A DNA stretch of 64,000 nucleotides. Origin: Raja brachyura (taxonomy: Eukaryota). Under the pieces are notes generated by a model, which did not search any database, had not been told where the DNA came from, and was given only the letters and a program-made list of their open reading frames with translations. The position numbers and the translations under genes were made by a program. The DNA is taken from assembly GCA_963514005.1 (NCBI GenBank), contig OY740808.1, positions 12,710,001-12,774,000 of the forward strand, given 5' to 3'. Below, one piece after another: positions 11,471-23,987 of the stretch. How positions within the stretch are numbered: the first letter of the stretch is position 1; every line of letters starts with the position of its first letter.

Positions 11471-12142
11471 AGCACAAATCATTTATTTGCTTTTATTCAA
11501 TTTTGTTGAACACGCAGCACTAAAGTTACAAACTTGAAGCAGCATATTATTTGGATAGACAGCGTTTACAATAACAGAGTTTCCAATATATAATATTTGA
11601 TGAAAATTAAAACTGCGAAGTTTCTGGTTGTTTATTTATGTATCTATCCACCCATCCGTTTATTTATTTAGATATTCGCATTTTTGTCCATCTATTTGAT
11701 ATATCTTTTTATTTTTCTATTTATTTATCTACTCGTGTATTCGTTTATGTCCTTGTTTATCCGTCCCCTACTTGTGCCCCACCCGTATTGACACCTATTT
11801 ATCCCCATTCTCCCTCCCCATCCCCTATATTCATTCTTCTGTCTTCACGATTCGAACTTCTATCCTCAGATCACACTTTTTGTCTTTTCTTATCTGGCCT
11901 TTGTCCAACCAATCACCCTCCGCCTCACTGTATCCAACTACTTCTACTAGTCATCCCCACCTCTCTTCCAGCTTTCTCCTCCTCTCCACCACAATTAGTC
12001 AGAAGATAGGTCCCGATTCTAAACGTCACCTGTCCATGTTCTCCGAGGGTTCCCCACCACTTTGTGTAACATTTCGATCTGCTGTCACCTGGAAGAAATG
12101 AATGATCCAAGTTTCCGAGCTCAGCTCGCCAGTTTTTCACCA

Positions 12143-12392
12143 CCAAATAAAATGGATAGCGATGTTTTACTTAATGGGATCTAAGTCAACCAGACAGGAG
12201 TAAAGTTTGTGTATTTTCCAGTCTGAGCTGGCAGAGGGTTGCCCGTCTCCTGCTGGACCCGGTTGGTCTCAACGCCATTCCTTCTCGCAGTTTTGTCTGC
12301 AGTCCATTAAACCCGCTCAGCGAACATACCAGGGTAGCCGGTCCATTCACCGTGACTTCGCTCATCGAAGGTGGCAAAACCGACCCAAGGAT
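12143..12392 (-). pseudogene. Decayed orphan Ig light-chain C exon
   Basis: CAG|ATCCT acceptor; across frameshifts it reads VLPPSMSEVTVNGPATLVCSLSGF / WTADKTARRNGVETNRVQQETGN / SDWKIHKLYSCLV; downstream tgtcacctggaaga resembles the C 3' UTR. Confidence 0.85.
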
Positions 12393-13252
12393 CTGGTCCT
12401 AAAAAGGACCAGTTTAGTAAAAGTTGGAAAACTGCTTCAGAGATATTACGCTTTGCGATGATAAATTGGATATAATTATCAGAATGTCTCTATCAGCGGT
12501 GGATACTCGGAGTTTTCTTTCCAGGGCCGAAGTATTATATAATATAGTTTATAGCTTTAAAGTAGGAGAGGGGTGGAAGGGGGTACACTTTAAAGTTGAA
12601 GGGGGTACACTTTGCATGTATTTTTTAAACAGGAAGTGTGCAACGCTTTGCTAGAAGAAGCGGTGTAAGTAGATACCCAGCAAGGTTCACGAGGCATTTA
12701 GGCAAGCACGTGAACAGATAGGGAATGGAGGGATATAGACATTATATATGACAGGCAGGTGGCATTAGCGTAAATTGGCACTAGGTTCGCACAGACATCG
12801 TGGATAGATATGAAGTTATGACACTGACATCGTGTTTTACAGCATTTACGCGGATGATGAGCAAGAGAGACCGGCAGCATTTATGTGTGACATGAGTGCA
12901 TGGTTTTCTCGCCGGTTCTGGCGCTCACATATAGAAATCTTCGAAAGGCAACGCTAAATCAATGTAATTACATTACGACACAGGAGAAAATGCGGCCTTT
13001 TGGGTCAGTATCAGCTTCTGTCAGATGACCCCCCCCCCCCCCCCCCCGTCTTTATTATCTTGTAATTTTCAATTCATTCTCTCTCCTGCATATTTAACCT
13101 GTTTGATTCACTTTGCGATTTATCTTCACTAAGGGCATTAGAGCAATAGATAGGGATGGGAAATCGATGCAGTGTCTGGCCTACAATTAATGAATCCCCA
13201 AAATAAATCAATGGATAGGGATTAATTTAGCCGAAGAGCCATAAACCGACAA

Positions 13253-15008
13253 CAATGAATTGGAGGGAAGGGGGTATCACAGAGGGGGAGCAGTTAGAGA
13301 GGAGGTTGTGAAACTGTCTTCGTAGGGAGGAAGATAACTTCTTCAAAGTAGGCATACCTTGAGGAGATATCGCAGTGGAGTAGACAAAGTGTTAAAGAAG
13401 GAACTGCAGATGCTGGAGAATCGAGGGTTACACAAAAAGCTGGAGAAACTCAGCGGGTGCAGCAGCATCTAAGGAGCCCCCATTTCCTCCAAACACAAGG
13501 CGTAGCTATGGGCACACGCATGGGCCCTAGCTACGCCTGCCTCTTTGTCGGGCACGTCGAACAATCTTTGTTCTCGGCGTACCAGGGCCCCACCCCCGAC
13601 CTTTACCTCCGTTACATTGACAACTGCTTTGGTGTCACCTCCTGCACCCACGCACAACTGACTGACTTCATCCATTTCACCACCAACTTCCATCCGGCAC
13701 TCAAATATACTTGGACCATTTCCGACATTTCCCTACCATTCCTTGACCTCACCATCTCTATTGCAGGTGATACACTCCTGACTGACATCCACTACAAACC
13801 AACTGACTCCCACAGCTACCTGGACTACTCTTCCTCCCACCCTGCTTCCTGTAAGGACTCCATCCCCTATTCCCAATTCCTCCGTCTACGCCGCATCTGC
13901 TCCCAGGATGAGGTGTTCCACACCAGGTCATCATAAATGGCCTCGTTCTTCAGAGAACGGGGTTTCCCCTCCCCCACTATAGATGAGGCTCGCACCAGGG
14001 TCTCCTCCATACCCCGCAACACTGCCCTCTCTCCCCATTCCCCCACTCACAACAAGGGCCGAGTCCCCGTGGTCCTCACCTTTCACCCCACCAGCCAGCG
14101 CATACAACACATAGTCCTCCGCCAGTTTCGCCACCTCCAACGTGACCCCTCCACTCGCCACATCTTCCCATCTCCCCCCCCTGTCTGCGTTCCGCAAAGA
14201 CCGCTCCCTCCGCAACTCCCTTGTCAATTCTTCCCTTCCCTCCCGCTCCGCTCCTTCCCCGGGCACTTTCCCTTGCAACCGCAAGAGATGCTACACTTGT
14301 CCCTTCACCTCCCCCATCCACTCCTTTCAGGGACCCAAGCAGTCATTCCAAGTCTGACAGAGGTTCACCTGCTCCTCCTCCACCTCATCAACTGCATCCG
14401 TTGCTCAAGATGCCAGCTGATCTACATCGGTGAGACCAAGCGGAGGCTGGGCGATCGTTTCGCCGAACACCTCCGCTCGGTCCGCAATAACCAACCCGAC
14501 CTCCCGGTGGCTCAGCAGTTCAACTCCCCCTCCCATTCCGTATCCGACCTCTCGGTCCTGAGCCTCCTCCACGGCCAGAGTGAGCAACACCGCAAGTTGG
14601 AGGAACAGCACCTCATATTCCGCTTGGGGAGTCTGCATCCTCTGGGCATAAACATTGAATTTTCTCAATTCTGTTAACCCAGACTGCCCCCTCCCCACCT
14701 CTCCCTCAGCCCTCGGGCCCTGACATTCCTTCTCCATCTCTCCCCCCCCCCACCCCAGTCGCAGTAGCTTCTCATTTTCACACCACAAACAGCTTACAAT
14801 GGCCTGTTTCCTTTATCATCAATACTTTTTTGCATATCTTTCATTCATTGTTCTTTATCTCTCCACATCACTGTTTATATCTCTCGTTTCCCTGATCCCT
14901 GATCCCTGACCAGTCTGAAGAAGGGTCTCGACCCGAAACGTCGCCTATCTCCTTCGCTCCTTAGATGCTGCTGCACCCGCTGAGTTTCTCCAGCTTTTTG
15001 TGTAACCC
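13253..15008 (+). mobile_element. Penelope-like retroelement (RT + GIY-YIG) with inverted 5' segment and pLTR
   Basis: QTQGVAMGTRMGPSYACLF, RYIDN, LPFLDL, YKPTDSH; CQLIYIGETKRRLGDRFAEH; stop at 13934-13936 and a poly-C frameshift near 14175; 13425-13476 inverted against 14956-15008; 14-bp TSD CCATAAACCGACAA at 13239-13252/15009-15022. Confidence 0.95.
14912..14945 (+). ncRNA. Minimal hammerhead ribozyme motif in the Penelope pLTR
   Basis: AGT-CTGAAGA-A-GGGTCTCGACCC-GAAACGTC-GCC. Confidence 0.8.
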
Positions 15009-15032
15009 CCATAAACCGACAATGTTACTTAA

Positions 15033-15240
15033 CGTGTAGGAAGGAACTGCAGATGCTGGTTTAAATCGAAGATAGATACAAAATGCTCGAGTAACACAGC
15101 GGGACAGGTGGCATCTGTAGAGAGAAGGAATGGGTGACGTTTCGGGTCTGAAGAAAGGTCTCGACCGGAAAGATCACACATTCCTTCTGTCCGGAGATGC
15201 TGCCTGTCCCGCTAAGTCACTCCAGCATGTTGTATCTAGT
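15033..15240. repeat. Fold-back pLTR/hammerhead-derived element
   Basis: tagatacaaaatgctcgagtaacacagcgggacagg...gacgtttcggg | tctgaagaaaggtctcgacc...cctgtcccgctaagtcactccagcatgttgtatcta. Confidence 0.75.
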
Positions 15241-15789
15241 GTTGGTAAAGGTCTGTTTCGGGTTTTTTTTCCGGTCTAAGAGAAATATGGATTTTTCGCC
15301 TGCAATGTAGTTATTGAGTCCACCGATCTTTTCGATAAATGTCAAAATCATGGAATGGCAAGGTACAAGGTACAATTACACCGCTGTCAGGAGTCATGAT
15401 ATTTGCAAATGTATAAACAATGAGGAGTATAGTCATTATCCTGGAAACGTAACCACAGACTGGTGATAGTAATTTGTTTAATGTCGTTCTAGTTATGGTC
15501 ATTCGTTTTTGATAGGAATGATACACAGGTATTAAATTTAAACAGCACAGTCAGAGAACCGCAATCAAGTAGTTACATAGGTATTCAAGTAGACTATTAA
15601 TAGCAATTGACCTTAAAAATTATAGATTGCAAATAAAAGCAAAGATCACAAAAACTATATCAATGGGATAGTCACGAACGGAGTTAAAAGGAAAGAGAGT
15701 AAAGGGATAGTTAATGACCCTAGAATTAGCGGGAAAGAAAACTCACAAAGGGATAGGAGTGTATGGCCGAGTGTAATAGGGACCGATGT

Positions 15790-18700
15790 GAAAGGTGAGA
15801 TGCGCAAGGAATTAAAGGTATTGTGTATGAATGCGCAAAGTATAAGAAGTAAAGTAGATGAGCTTGAGGCTCAGTTAGAGGTTTGTAGATATGACATTGT
15901 GGGGATTACTGAGACGTGGCTGCAGGAGGATCGGGCATGGGAACTTAATTTTCAGGATTATACATCCTATGGAAAGGACAGGCAGGTGGGCAGAGGAGGG
16001 GTGGAGTAGCTCTGCTGTTGAGGGATGGAATTCAATCCCTTGCGAAGGAAGACATGACGAGGGACAGACTAGGTAGAGTCATTGTGGATTGAGTTGATGA
16101 ATTGTAAAGGCAAGAAGAAACTAATTGATGTTATCTACAGATCACCCAATAGTAGCCCGGATGTCGGCTATAAGTTGCAGCAGGTGTTAAAACTGGCATG
16201 TAACAAAGGTAATGACACTTTGGTGAGGGGGGATTTCAATATGCAGGTAGACTGGGAAAATCAGGTTGATTCAGGATCCCAAGAAAGAGTTTGTAGAATG
16301 CCTCCGAGATGGATTCTGAGAGCAGCTTGTAATGGAGACGACCAGAGAAATGAACCTGATTTGATAAGAGAACTCGAGGTAAAGGAACCGCTTGGATGTA
16401 GTGATCATAATATGATTAGTTTTAATCTGCAATTTGAGAGGGAAAAGATTAAATCGGATGTGTCAGTGATGCAGTTGAACAAAGGTGACTATGAAGGCAT
16501 GAGAGAGGAGCTGGCCAAGATAGCCTGGAAATGGATCCTGGCAGATCTGCATCCCAGGGTCCTCGGGGCGGTGGCTCTAGAAATAGTGGACGCACTGGTG
16601 ATCATTTTTTAATGTTCAATAGATTCGGGATCGGTTCCTGAGGATTGGAGGATAGCTAATGTTATCCCACTTTTCAAGAAAGGAGTGAGAGAGAAAACGA
16701 GGAATTACAGACCAGTTAGCCTGACTTTGGTGGTGGGAAAGATGCTAGAGTCAATTATTAAAGGCAATAATGGGGCATTCGGACAGCAGTGAAAGGATTA
16801 GTCCAAGTCGCCATGGATTTATGAAAGGAAAATCATGCTTGACTAATCTTCTGGAATTATTTGAGGATGTGACAAGTAAAATGGATGAAGGGGTGCCAGT
16901 GGATGTAATGTATCTAGACTTTCAGAAAACCTTTGATAAGGTCCCGCACGGGAGACTGGTGACTAAAATTAGAGCACATGGTATTGGGGGTAGGGTGTTG
17001 ACTTGGATAGAAAATTGGTTGGCAGACAGGAAGCAAAGAGTAGGAGTGAACGGGTCCTTTTCAGAATGGCAGGCAGTGGCGAGTGGAGTGCCGCAAGGCA
17101 CGGTTTTGGGGCCGCAACAGTTTACCATATATATTAATGATTTGGAAGAGGGAATTACGAGCAACACTAGCAAGTTTGCGGATGACACAAAGCTGGGTGG
17201 CAGTGTGAACTGTGAAGAGGATGTTAGGAGGTTGCAAGGTGACCTGGACAGGTTGAGTGAGTGGGCAGATGCGCGACAGATGCAGTATAATATAGATAAA
17301 TGTGAGGTAATCCACTTTGGCGGCAGAAACAAGGGAGAAGATTATTATCTCAATGGGGTTAGGTTACGTAAGGGAGGGGGGTGCAGCGAGACCTGGGTGT
17401 CCTCGTGCACCAGTCACTGAAAGTTGGCGTGCAGGTACAACAGACAGGGAAGAAAGCTAATGGAATGTTGGCCTTCATAGCAAGAGGATTTCAGTATAAG
17501 AGTAAAGAGGTTCTTCTGCTGTTGTATGGGGCTCTGGAAAGACCACATCTGGAGTATTGTGTACAGTTTTTGTATCCTAATTTGAGGAAGGGCATCCTTG
17601 TGATTGAGGCAGTGCAGCGTAGGTTAACGAAATTGATCCATGGGATGGCGGGACTGTCATATGAGGAAAGATTGGAAAGACTAGGCTTGTATTCACTGGA
17701 GTTTAGAAGGATGAAGGGGGATCTTATAGAGACATAGAAACATAGAAACATAGAAAATAGGTGCAGGAGGAGGCCATTCGGCCCTTCGAGCCAGCACCGC
17801 CATTCAATATGATCATGGCTTATCGTCCGCTATCAATAACCCGTGCCTGCCTTCTCCCCATATCCCTTGACTCCACTAGCCCCTAGAGCTGTATCCAACT
17901 CTCTCTTAAACCCATCCGCTGATCTGGCCTCCACTGCCCTCTGTGGCAGGGAATTCCATAAATTCACAACTCTCTGGGTAAAAAATGTTTTTCTCAGCTC
18001 AGTCTTAAATGTCCTCCCATTTATTCTAAGACTGTAGCCCCTGGTTCTGGACTCACCCAACATTGGGAATATTTTTCCTGCATCTAGCTTGTCCAGTCCT
18101 TTTATATATGTATATGTTTTTATAAGATCCCCCTCATCCTTCTAAACTCCAGTGAATACAAGCCTGGTCTTTTCAATCTTTCCTCATATGTCAGTCCCGC
18201 CATCCCAGGGATCAATCTCGTGAACCTATGCTGCACTGCCTCAATCACAATGATGTCCTTCCTCAAATTAGGAGACCGAAACTGTACACAATGTGGTCTC
18301 GCCAGAGCCCTATACAACTGCAGAAGAACCTCTTTACTCCTGTACTGAAATCCTCTTGTTATGAAGGCCAACATTCCATTAGCTTTCTTCACTGCCTGCA
18401 CGCCAACTTTCACTGATTGTTGTACAAGGACACCCAGGTCTCCCTGTACCCCCCCCCCCCCCCTCTTACCTAACCTAACCCCATTGAGATAATAATCTGC
18501 CCCCTTGTTTTTGCCACCAAAGTGGATAACCTCACATTTATCTGTATTTACTGCATCTGCCATGCATTTGCCCACTCATTCAACTTGTCCAGGTCCCCCT
18601 GCAACCTTCTAACAACCTCTTCACAGTTCACACTGCCAGCCAGCTTTGTGTCATCCGCAATCTTGCTAGTGTTGCTCCTAATTCCCTCTTCTAAATCATT

Positions 18701-19222
18701 TATATATATGGTAAACAGTTGCGGCCTCAACACCGAGCCATGCGGCACTCCACTCGCCACTGCCTGCCATTCTGAAAAGGACCCGTTCACTCCTACTCTT
18801 TGCTATAAAATTATAAAAGATATATAAAATTATATATAGAACATATAAAATTATAAAAGAACTGCACAAGCTAGATGCAGGAAATATGTTCCCAATGCTG
18901 GGCGCGTCCAGAACCAGGGGCCACAGTCTTAGAATAAAGGGGAGGCCATTTAAGACTGAGGTGCAAAAAGCTTTTTCACCCAGAGCGTTGTGAATTTGTG
19001 GAATTCTCTGCCACAGAGGGCAGTGGAGGCCAAATCACTGGATGGATTTAAGAGTTAGATAGAGCTCTAGAGGTTAGTGGAATCAAGGGATATGGGGAGA
19101 AGGCAGGCACGGGTTATTGATTGGGGTCGATCAGCCGTGATAACAATGAATGGCGGTGCTGGCTCGATGGCGTCGAATGGCCTGCTTCTGGACCTATTTT
19201 CCATGTTCCTTTGTTTCTATGA
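15790..19222 (+). mobile_element. CR1-clade LINE ORF2 (APE + RT), interrupted by an opposite-strand CR1
   Basis: NAQSI, GITETWL, YRSP, GDFN, SDH; HGF.KGKSCLTNL, YLDFQKTFDKVPH, SGVPQG, KFADD; resumes ~18825 and ends in a tttctatg tail ~19220. Confidence 0.93.
17733..18803 (-). mobile_element. Nested CR1 3' fragment
   Basis: (CATAGAAA)n tail at 17733-17757; ORFs 17833-18063, 18120-18575 and 18548-18790 are RT C-terminal. Confidence 0.9.
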
Positions 19223-20001
19223 AATGATTCAGAACAAATGAGACCCGATATCGATGACCATGGAAAGGTGGAGCTCACAATGGACAACCAGGACACATGG
19301 GGAACGGGAGGAAAAGGCAAGGCCGGGAAGACTCAAATCTTTGCTGTTGGCTTCTTCATAAATATTACAAGCCGCAGAAGAAATTGGGAAGAAAATGGGC
19401 ATGATAATGGCAGCTCGAGAGTAATCGGAATTGGTTCCTTTGAACAGAGAAGGTATAATGGTGATTTGAATGCATAGTGAAGACGTTTAATTGACCAATT
19501 TGTTCCGAGTGAAAGTATGCCCAGTATTTACAAATTACAGATGAAGAGGAATTTCCAAAATAACTAACGATCAGGTGAGCAATTGCAGACATGTGACGAT
19601 TTATTCGAATCAGCAAAAAATGTCTACAATCCGGATTATTTAGAAACGATAAGACACATGAAGCTGGAGTAACTTAGCGGGTCAGACAGCATCTCTGGAG
19701 AAAATGAATAGGTGACATTTCGGATCGAGACCTTTTCTTCAAACATGCCGAAGAATGGTCTTGCCCCAAAACGTCACCGATTCCTTTTCTCCAGAGATGC
19801 TTTCTGACCCGCTGAGTTATTCCAGCTTTTTGTGTCTATCTTTGGTTTAAACCAGCATCTGCAACTCCTTCCAATTCATTAAGACCTAAGCCCAGGTTGC
19901 TCGTGTAACGTGAAAATAATTGGGAATAGGTCTTGGAATAAGTGAAAAGCGATTTGTGACAGAGGTCAGGGGTTTGTCCTCTTAGCATATAGTTCCCTCA
20001 T

Positions 20002-20149
20002 NNNNNNNNNNNNNNNNNNNNNNNNNNNNNNNNNNNNNNNNNNNNNNNNNNNNNNNNNNNNNNNNNNNNNNNNNNNNNNNNNNNNNNNNNNNNNNNNNNN
20101 NNNNNNNNNNNNNNNNNNNNNNNNNNNNNNNNNNNNNNNNNNNNNNNNN
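20002..20149. other. Assembly gap (N run)
   Basis: Run of n at the position paralogous to gap 780-925. Confidence 1.
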
Positions 20150-21283
20150 GTATGAAGTTGCCGTGCACTCATCACATCTTTCTGTAGATATTATCCTGCT
20201 TTATTGAGAGTGTTGTTGCCCAGTTCCACTGTAATACCACCGTGAGACACGTGCACGCCACATACAAACTCAGTGGCTGTTCTGCTAACGCCAATAATCA
20301 CCCTATTTCTTTAAAGCTGACAATCAGAATAAATAAAGTGTAATGTTTGTAAATAATTAAATTCAAACCCCGTCACTAATTAGTGTGGAAGTCACGGTCT
20401 TCAATGATAAAGGATGGAGGTGCCATGCTTGGTGCGAGGAGTGTAAAGTGGAGGAGCGAACAACCCATCGACTTACAGAAACTTGCTGATATGTTGGGAA
20501 TTAATGGCGTTTCCAAATTTCCAGATTTCCAGGAATGCACACGTATTTTATTTATTTATGTAACGGTACACCTTATGAACGAAGACACATTTAACAAACC
20601 CTGAACGCACGAGGCTGGTAGGGACGTCTTTGATTTGTTGTTAAACAGCCTGAAACGTCTAATCTATTTCTCACTTCCCACATGTTGCCCGACTTACTGA
20701 GTATTAACAGTATTTTCTGTTTATTTCTGTGATATTTTTCGTTTTAAGACGACGTGTGCCATGCTTGGTTTACACGGATCTATGTCTGATTAATGTTGCA
20801 CACGAACTGACAAAGCGCTGTGGAACGCACGGTATAAATCGACGAGTGGCTCACTACTGTTGTACGATTGTAATTAGTGATCGAAATAGGGAAACACAAT
20901 CAGTGTTGGTAGCTCAAATCTACGAGACAACACAACCCGTGTTAAGCCATCGTGGTTCGGGTCAGAAATAAAACAAAGGGAATCAACAATGCATTTGAAA
21001 TGCGCTTTTAAACTTTATTCAACGGCTGCAAAGATACCATGGGCACAATAGCAACATCCATGCTTTTGGCTAACGCAATTGAATCTACTTGATGCTTCAT
21101 TCAAGAACGACATTCTTTCGAAAGAACTACATTTAAAGTGAACAAGTCATAAAAATCGATGTTTCAACGACAATTGGCATTTCTGAACGAAAACACCGAA
21201 GTCCAATACATTACTAACTTTGTCACTTGGAAGAACCCAATGGTGATTAATTAACTTTGGGGAGTCAGCTCGCGCTTCAAACA

Positions 21284-21606
21284 TCAGATGCAGCTGGATC
21301 TCAGGATATTTGTCTTCAGCGGGTTTGACCGAGTCTCGTGTTTAACCACACAGGAGTAAAGCTCGTGTAAGTTCCAGACTGAGGCTGGCAGAGTCAGGTA
21401 ACTGCTGAGACTGAACGTGTTGTCCTTATCCTGTTGGATCGGGCTGGTCTCAACGCCGCTATTTTTTGCACCGCCGTCGACTGTCCACTCAACGGCCACC
21501 GAGCCCGGGTTAAAGCGGTTCACCAAACAAACCAGGGTGGCGGTGCCCTTTGAGGTAACTTCTTCAGCGGAAGGCGGGAGGACCGTCACGATCGGTGCTC
21601 GAGGAT
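21284..21606 (-). CDS. IGLC: Ig light-chain constant exon, cluster 2 (open frame, but the gene is disabled upstream)
   Basis: 323 nt, CAG|AT acceptor, ATLVCLVNRF...YSCVVKH...RSSCI*. Confidence 0.92.
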
Positions 21607-22414
21607 CTGTTTAACAAGAAGTCACGTTTAATTGGAGAATTGCTGTCGTTGGGATATCATATTTCAGAAAATGCATCCCATTACAGCACTCATTTATTCA
21701 TTTGTAGAAAATCGTTTTATTCTCGATCTATTTCAAACAATTGTGTGTGTGTTTTTGTTTAAATCGGATAAACAATGAATAAACAACGTGAAAGCAACTA
21801 GGATAGATGCTGTCTGTCCTATCCATAAACTCCACGGAAACAACTGTGATAGATCATGGCTGTAAAGTTTTATAAAATCGAACACATTAATATAACTTTA
21901 TAAAAGTGATTTTCACTGCACGTCTCCAGCTTTACTTCCATGTCCGTCTATTGAAATGTAATCGCCACGGTCACCGATTCGCACATTTCGATTTCATTAT
22001 AGTTCGAATGTTAATTTATATTTGAAATGTATTGTTGCGTTCGCCAAAGCCTATTACACAAAAGTAATGAGGAAAATGTGCGAAACGTTCTCTTTTCACA
22101 TTTTTAGGTGAAACGATATACCCGTTAGACATGTCAACCAGAATTTCGGCAAAGTTGAATGTCAACGTTGCTGCCCCCCGTTAACCAAGCAATTTACTTT
22201 CACATTTGGACAATTATTCTCGCGAGTTGAAAGTTTCGCTGCGACTACTTCTGCAAATTATTTAACAAACCGCATTTCATGCCACGATAGTTCGGGGGCA
22301 CTTCAATTCTACGCCAATCCTTATATACATGCCTACTTCAAAATCCCCCCAAAAGTGCCAATAGTTCGCATTGGGAAACACGCGATAATTATTGGGCGGG
22401 AAGGAATAATTGGA

Positions 22415-22550
22415 GGGTTACACAGAAAGCTGGAGAAACTCAGCGGGTGCAGCAGCATCTAAGGGGCGAAGGAGATAGGCGAAGTTTCGGGTCGAGACCC
22501 TTCTTCAGACTCCTACTTTGAAGAAGTTCTCCTCCTATCTCCTTCGGTCT
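22415..22550 (-). mobile_element. Short Penelope pLTR insertion with hammerhead variant in the cluster 2 J-C intron
   Basis: gggttacacagaaagctggagaaactcagcggg...cccttcttcagact; possible imperfect TSD GAATAATT(G/T)GA at 22404-22414/22551-22561. Confidence 0.75.
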
Positions 22551-23041
22551 GAATAATTTGAAATGGCTTTGAGATAGAAATGTGGCTCTCATCTGCGAAA
22601 CAACGACATACATTATTTCCGTGATTCAACAAAAGTATAAAGGGATTCAGAGTGAAATACTTGTTTCAATATCAAACAAAACACCGTGGAACAAATTATT
22701 CTCTCGCATCCCTGCACCGTGCGGTCAGATATCAATGTGTACAAAAGATTAAAAGTAACTGCAGTCCCAAATAATTTATTTCGCCCAAAGTAGATAAGGT
22801 CCATGTGTTCATTCGTGCGCTTAGGTTCATTGGGCGCTGAGTTGAGAAATGGATTTTTAGCTCCCTTTTCGAGTTAATTCACTGAGCTATGACCAAGTGA
22901 ACTCGGAGCGTGAGCGTCTGTAAAGCAGGAATCTATACACTGCACCAACTACATCGTAATATACCTGGGAAAATCAAGTATAATGTGAGGATAGGCAAAA
23001 AACGCTGGAGTAACTTAGCGAATCTCTGGAGAAAAGGAATA

Positions 23042-23075
23042 GGTGACGTTTCGGGTCGAGACCCTTCTTCAGACT
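23042..23075 (-). ncRNA. Minimal hammerhead ribozyme motif
   Basis: Minus strand AGTCTGAAGAAGGGTCTCGACCCGAAACGTCACC. Confidence 0.75.
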
Positions 23076-23427
23076 GAGTCAGGCGAAAGGGACGCGAAAG
23101 ATATAGATGGAGATATAGAGAGATAAAGAAAAAACTGATTTAAAGATATGCAAAAAAGTAACAATGATAAAGGAAATAGGCCGTGGTGAAAACGAGTTAC
23201 AGACAATGCAGCTCACCTGGAAAACATTGAAACTATTACAACGACTAACTTCAAAGTTACTTTAAGTTAGAGAAATCAATAGTCATACCGCTGGATTGTA
23301 AGGTGGCCAAGTGAAATATGAGCTGCTGTTCATCCAATTGCTTGAATTGCGACGTTCATTCAACAAACATTTCATTTACATTTACAAATTAATCCACGGT
23401 GCCGTCCACAGAATATATTTCACTTAC

Positions 23428-23919
23428 CACCAATACCCAGCCTCGTTTCTTTACCGAAATGTAAACCACTATCCCATCTTGCACAGTCTGCAGCATCGAC
23501 CGCTTGAACGTTAGATATTGCGAATGTTGCAGTGTTGCCTGACATTGAGACGGAGTGTCCGTGCCTTTATAAATGCTGCCGGAAGAATAGTAGAATAAAT
23601 ATTTTGGAGTTTTGCCAGGGATCTGTTGGTACCAGGAGTCATAGTTACCGCCTGAACTGTCGCCCGTTATGGTGCAGGTTATTTGTATGTTCTGCCCCGT
23701 AGAGGTGGACAGCAAAGGCGGTTGACTTATTGTAATTGCCGCATTTACATCTGAGAAAAGATCAAGATCAGAAAAATATAAAATCATTAAGATAGTTGAA
23801 GTGTGGGAGAAGATCCCAATTAAATGGTGCACGGAAATAAATCTATTGTCCGTGGAAGAATAATATTCACAAACTGCGCTTAACACCAACGCACCAACCA
23901 CACAGATCCAGCAAGACAT
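23428..23919 (-). pseudogene. IGLV: IgL cluster 2 leader (23871-23919) + germline-joined VJ (23428-23750) pseudogene
   Basis: VJ exon 323 vs 342 nt: 13-nt frameshifting deletion at 23555/23556 and 6-nt deletion near 23487 removing YY of DYYC; J reads FGKET. Confidence 0.93.
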
Positions 23920-23987
23920 TTTAATTAAGCTACTCAACTCCGATAGGGCGTCAGTTTCCTGATTAAGTGGCGTCTAAACTTGCTCTC

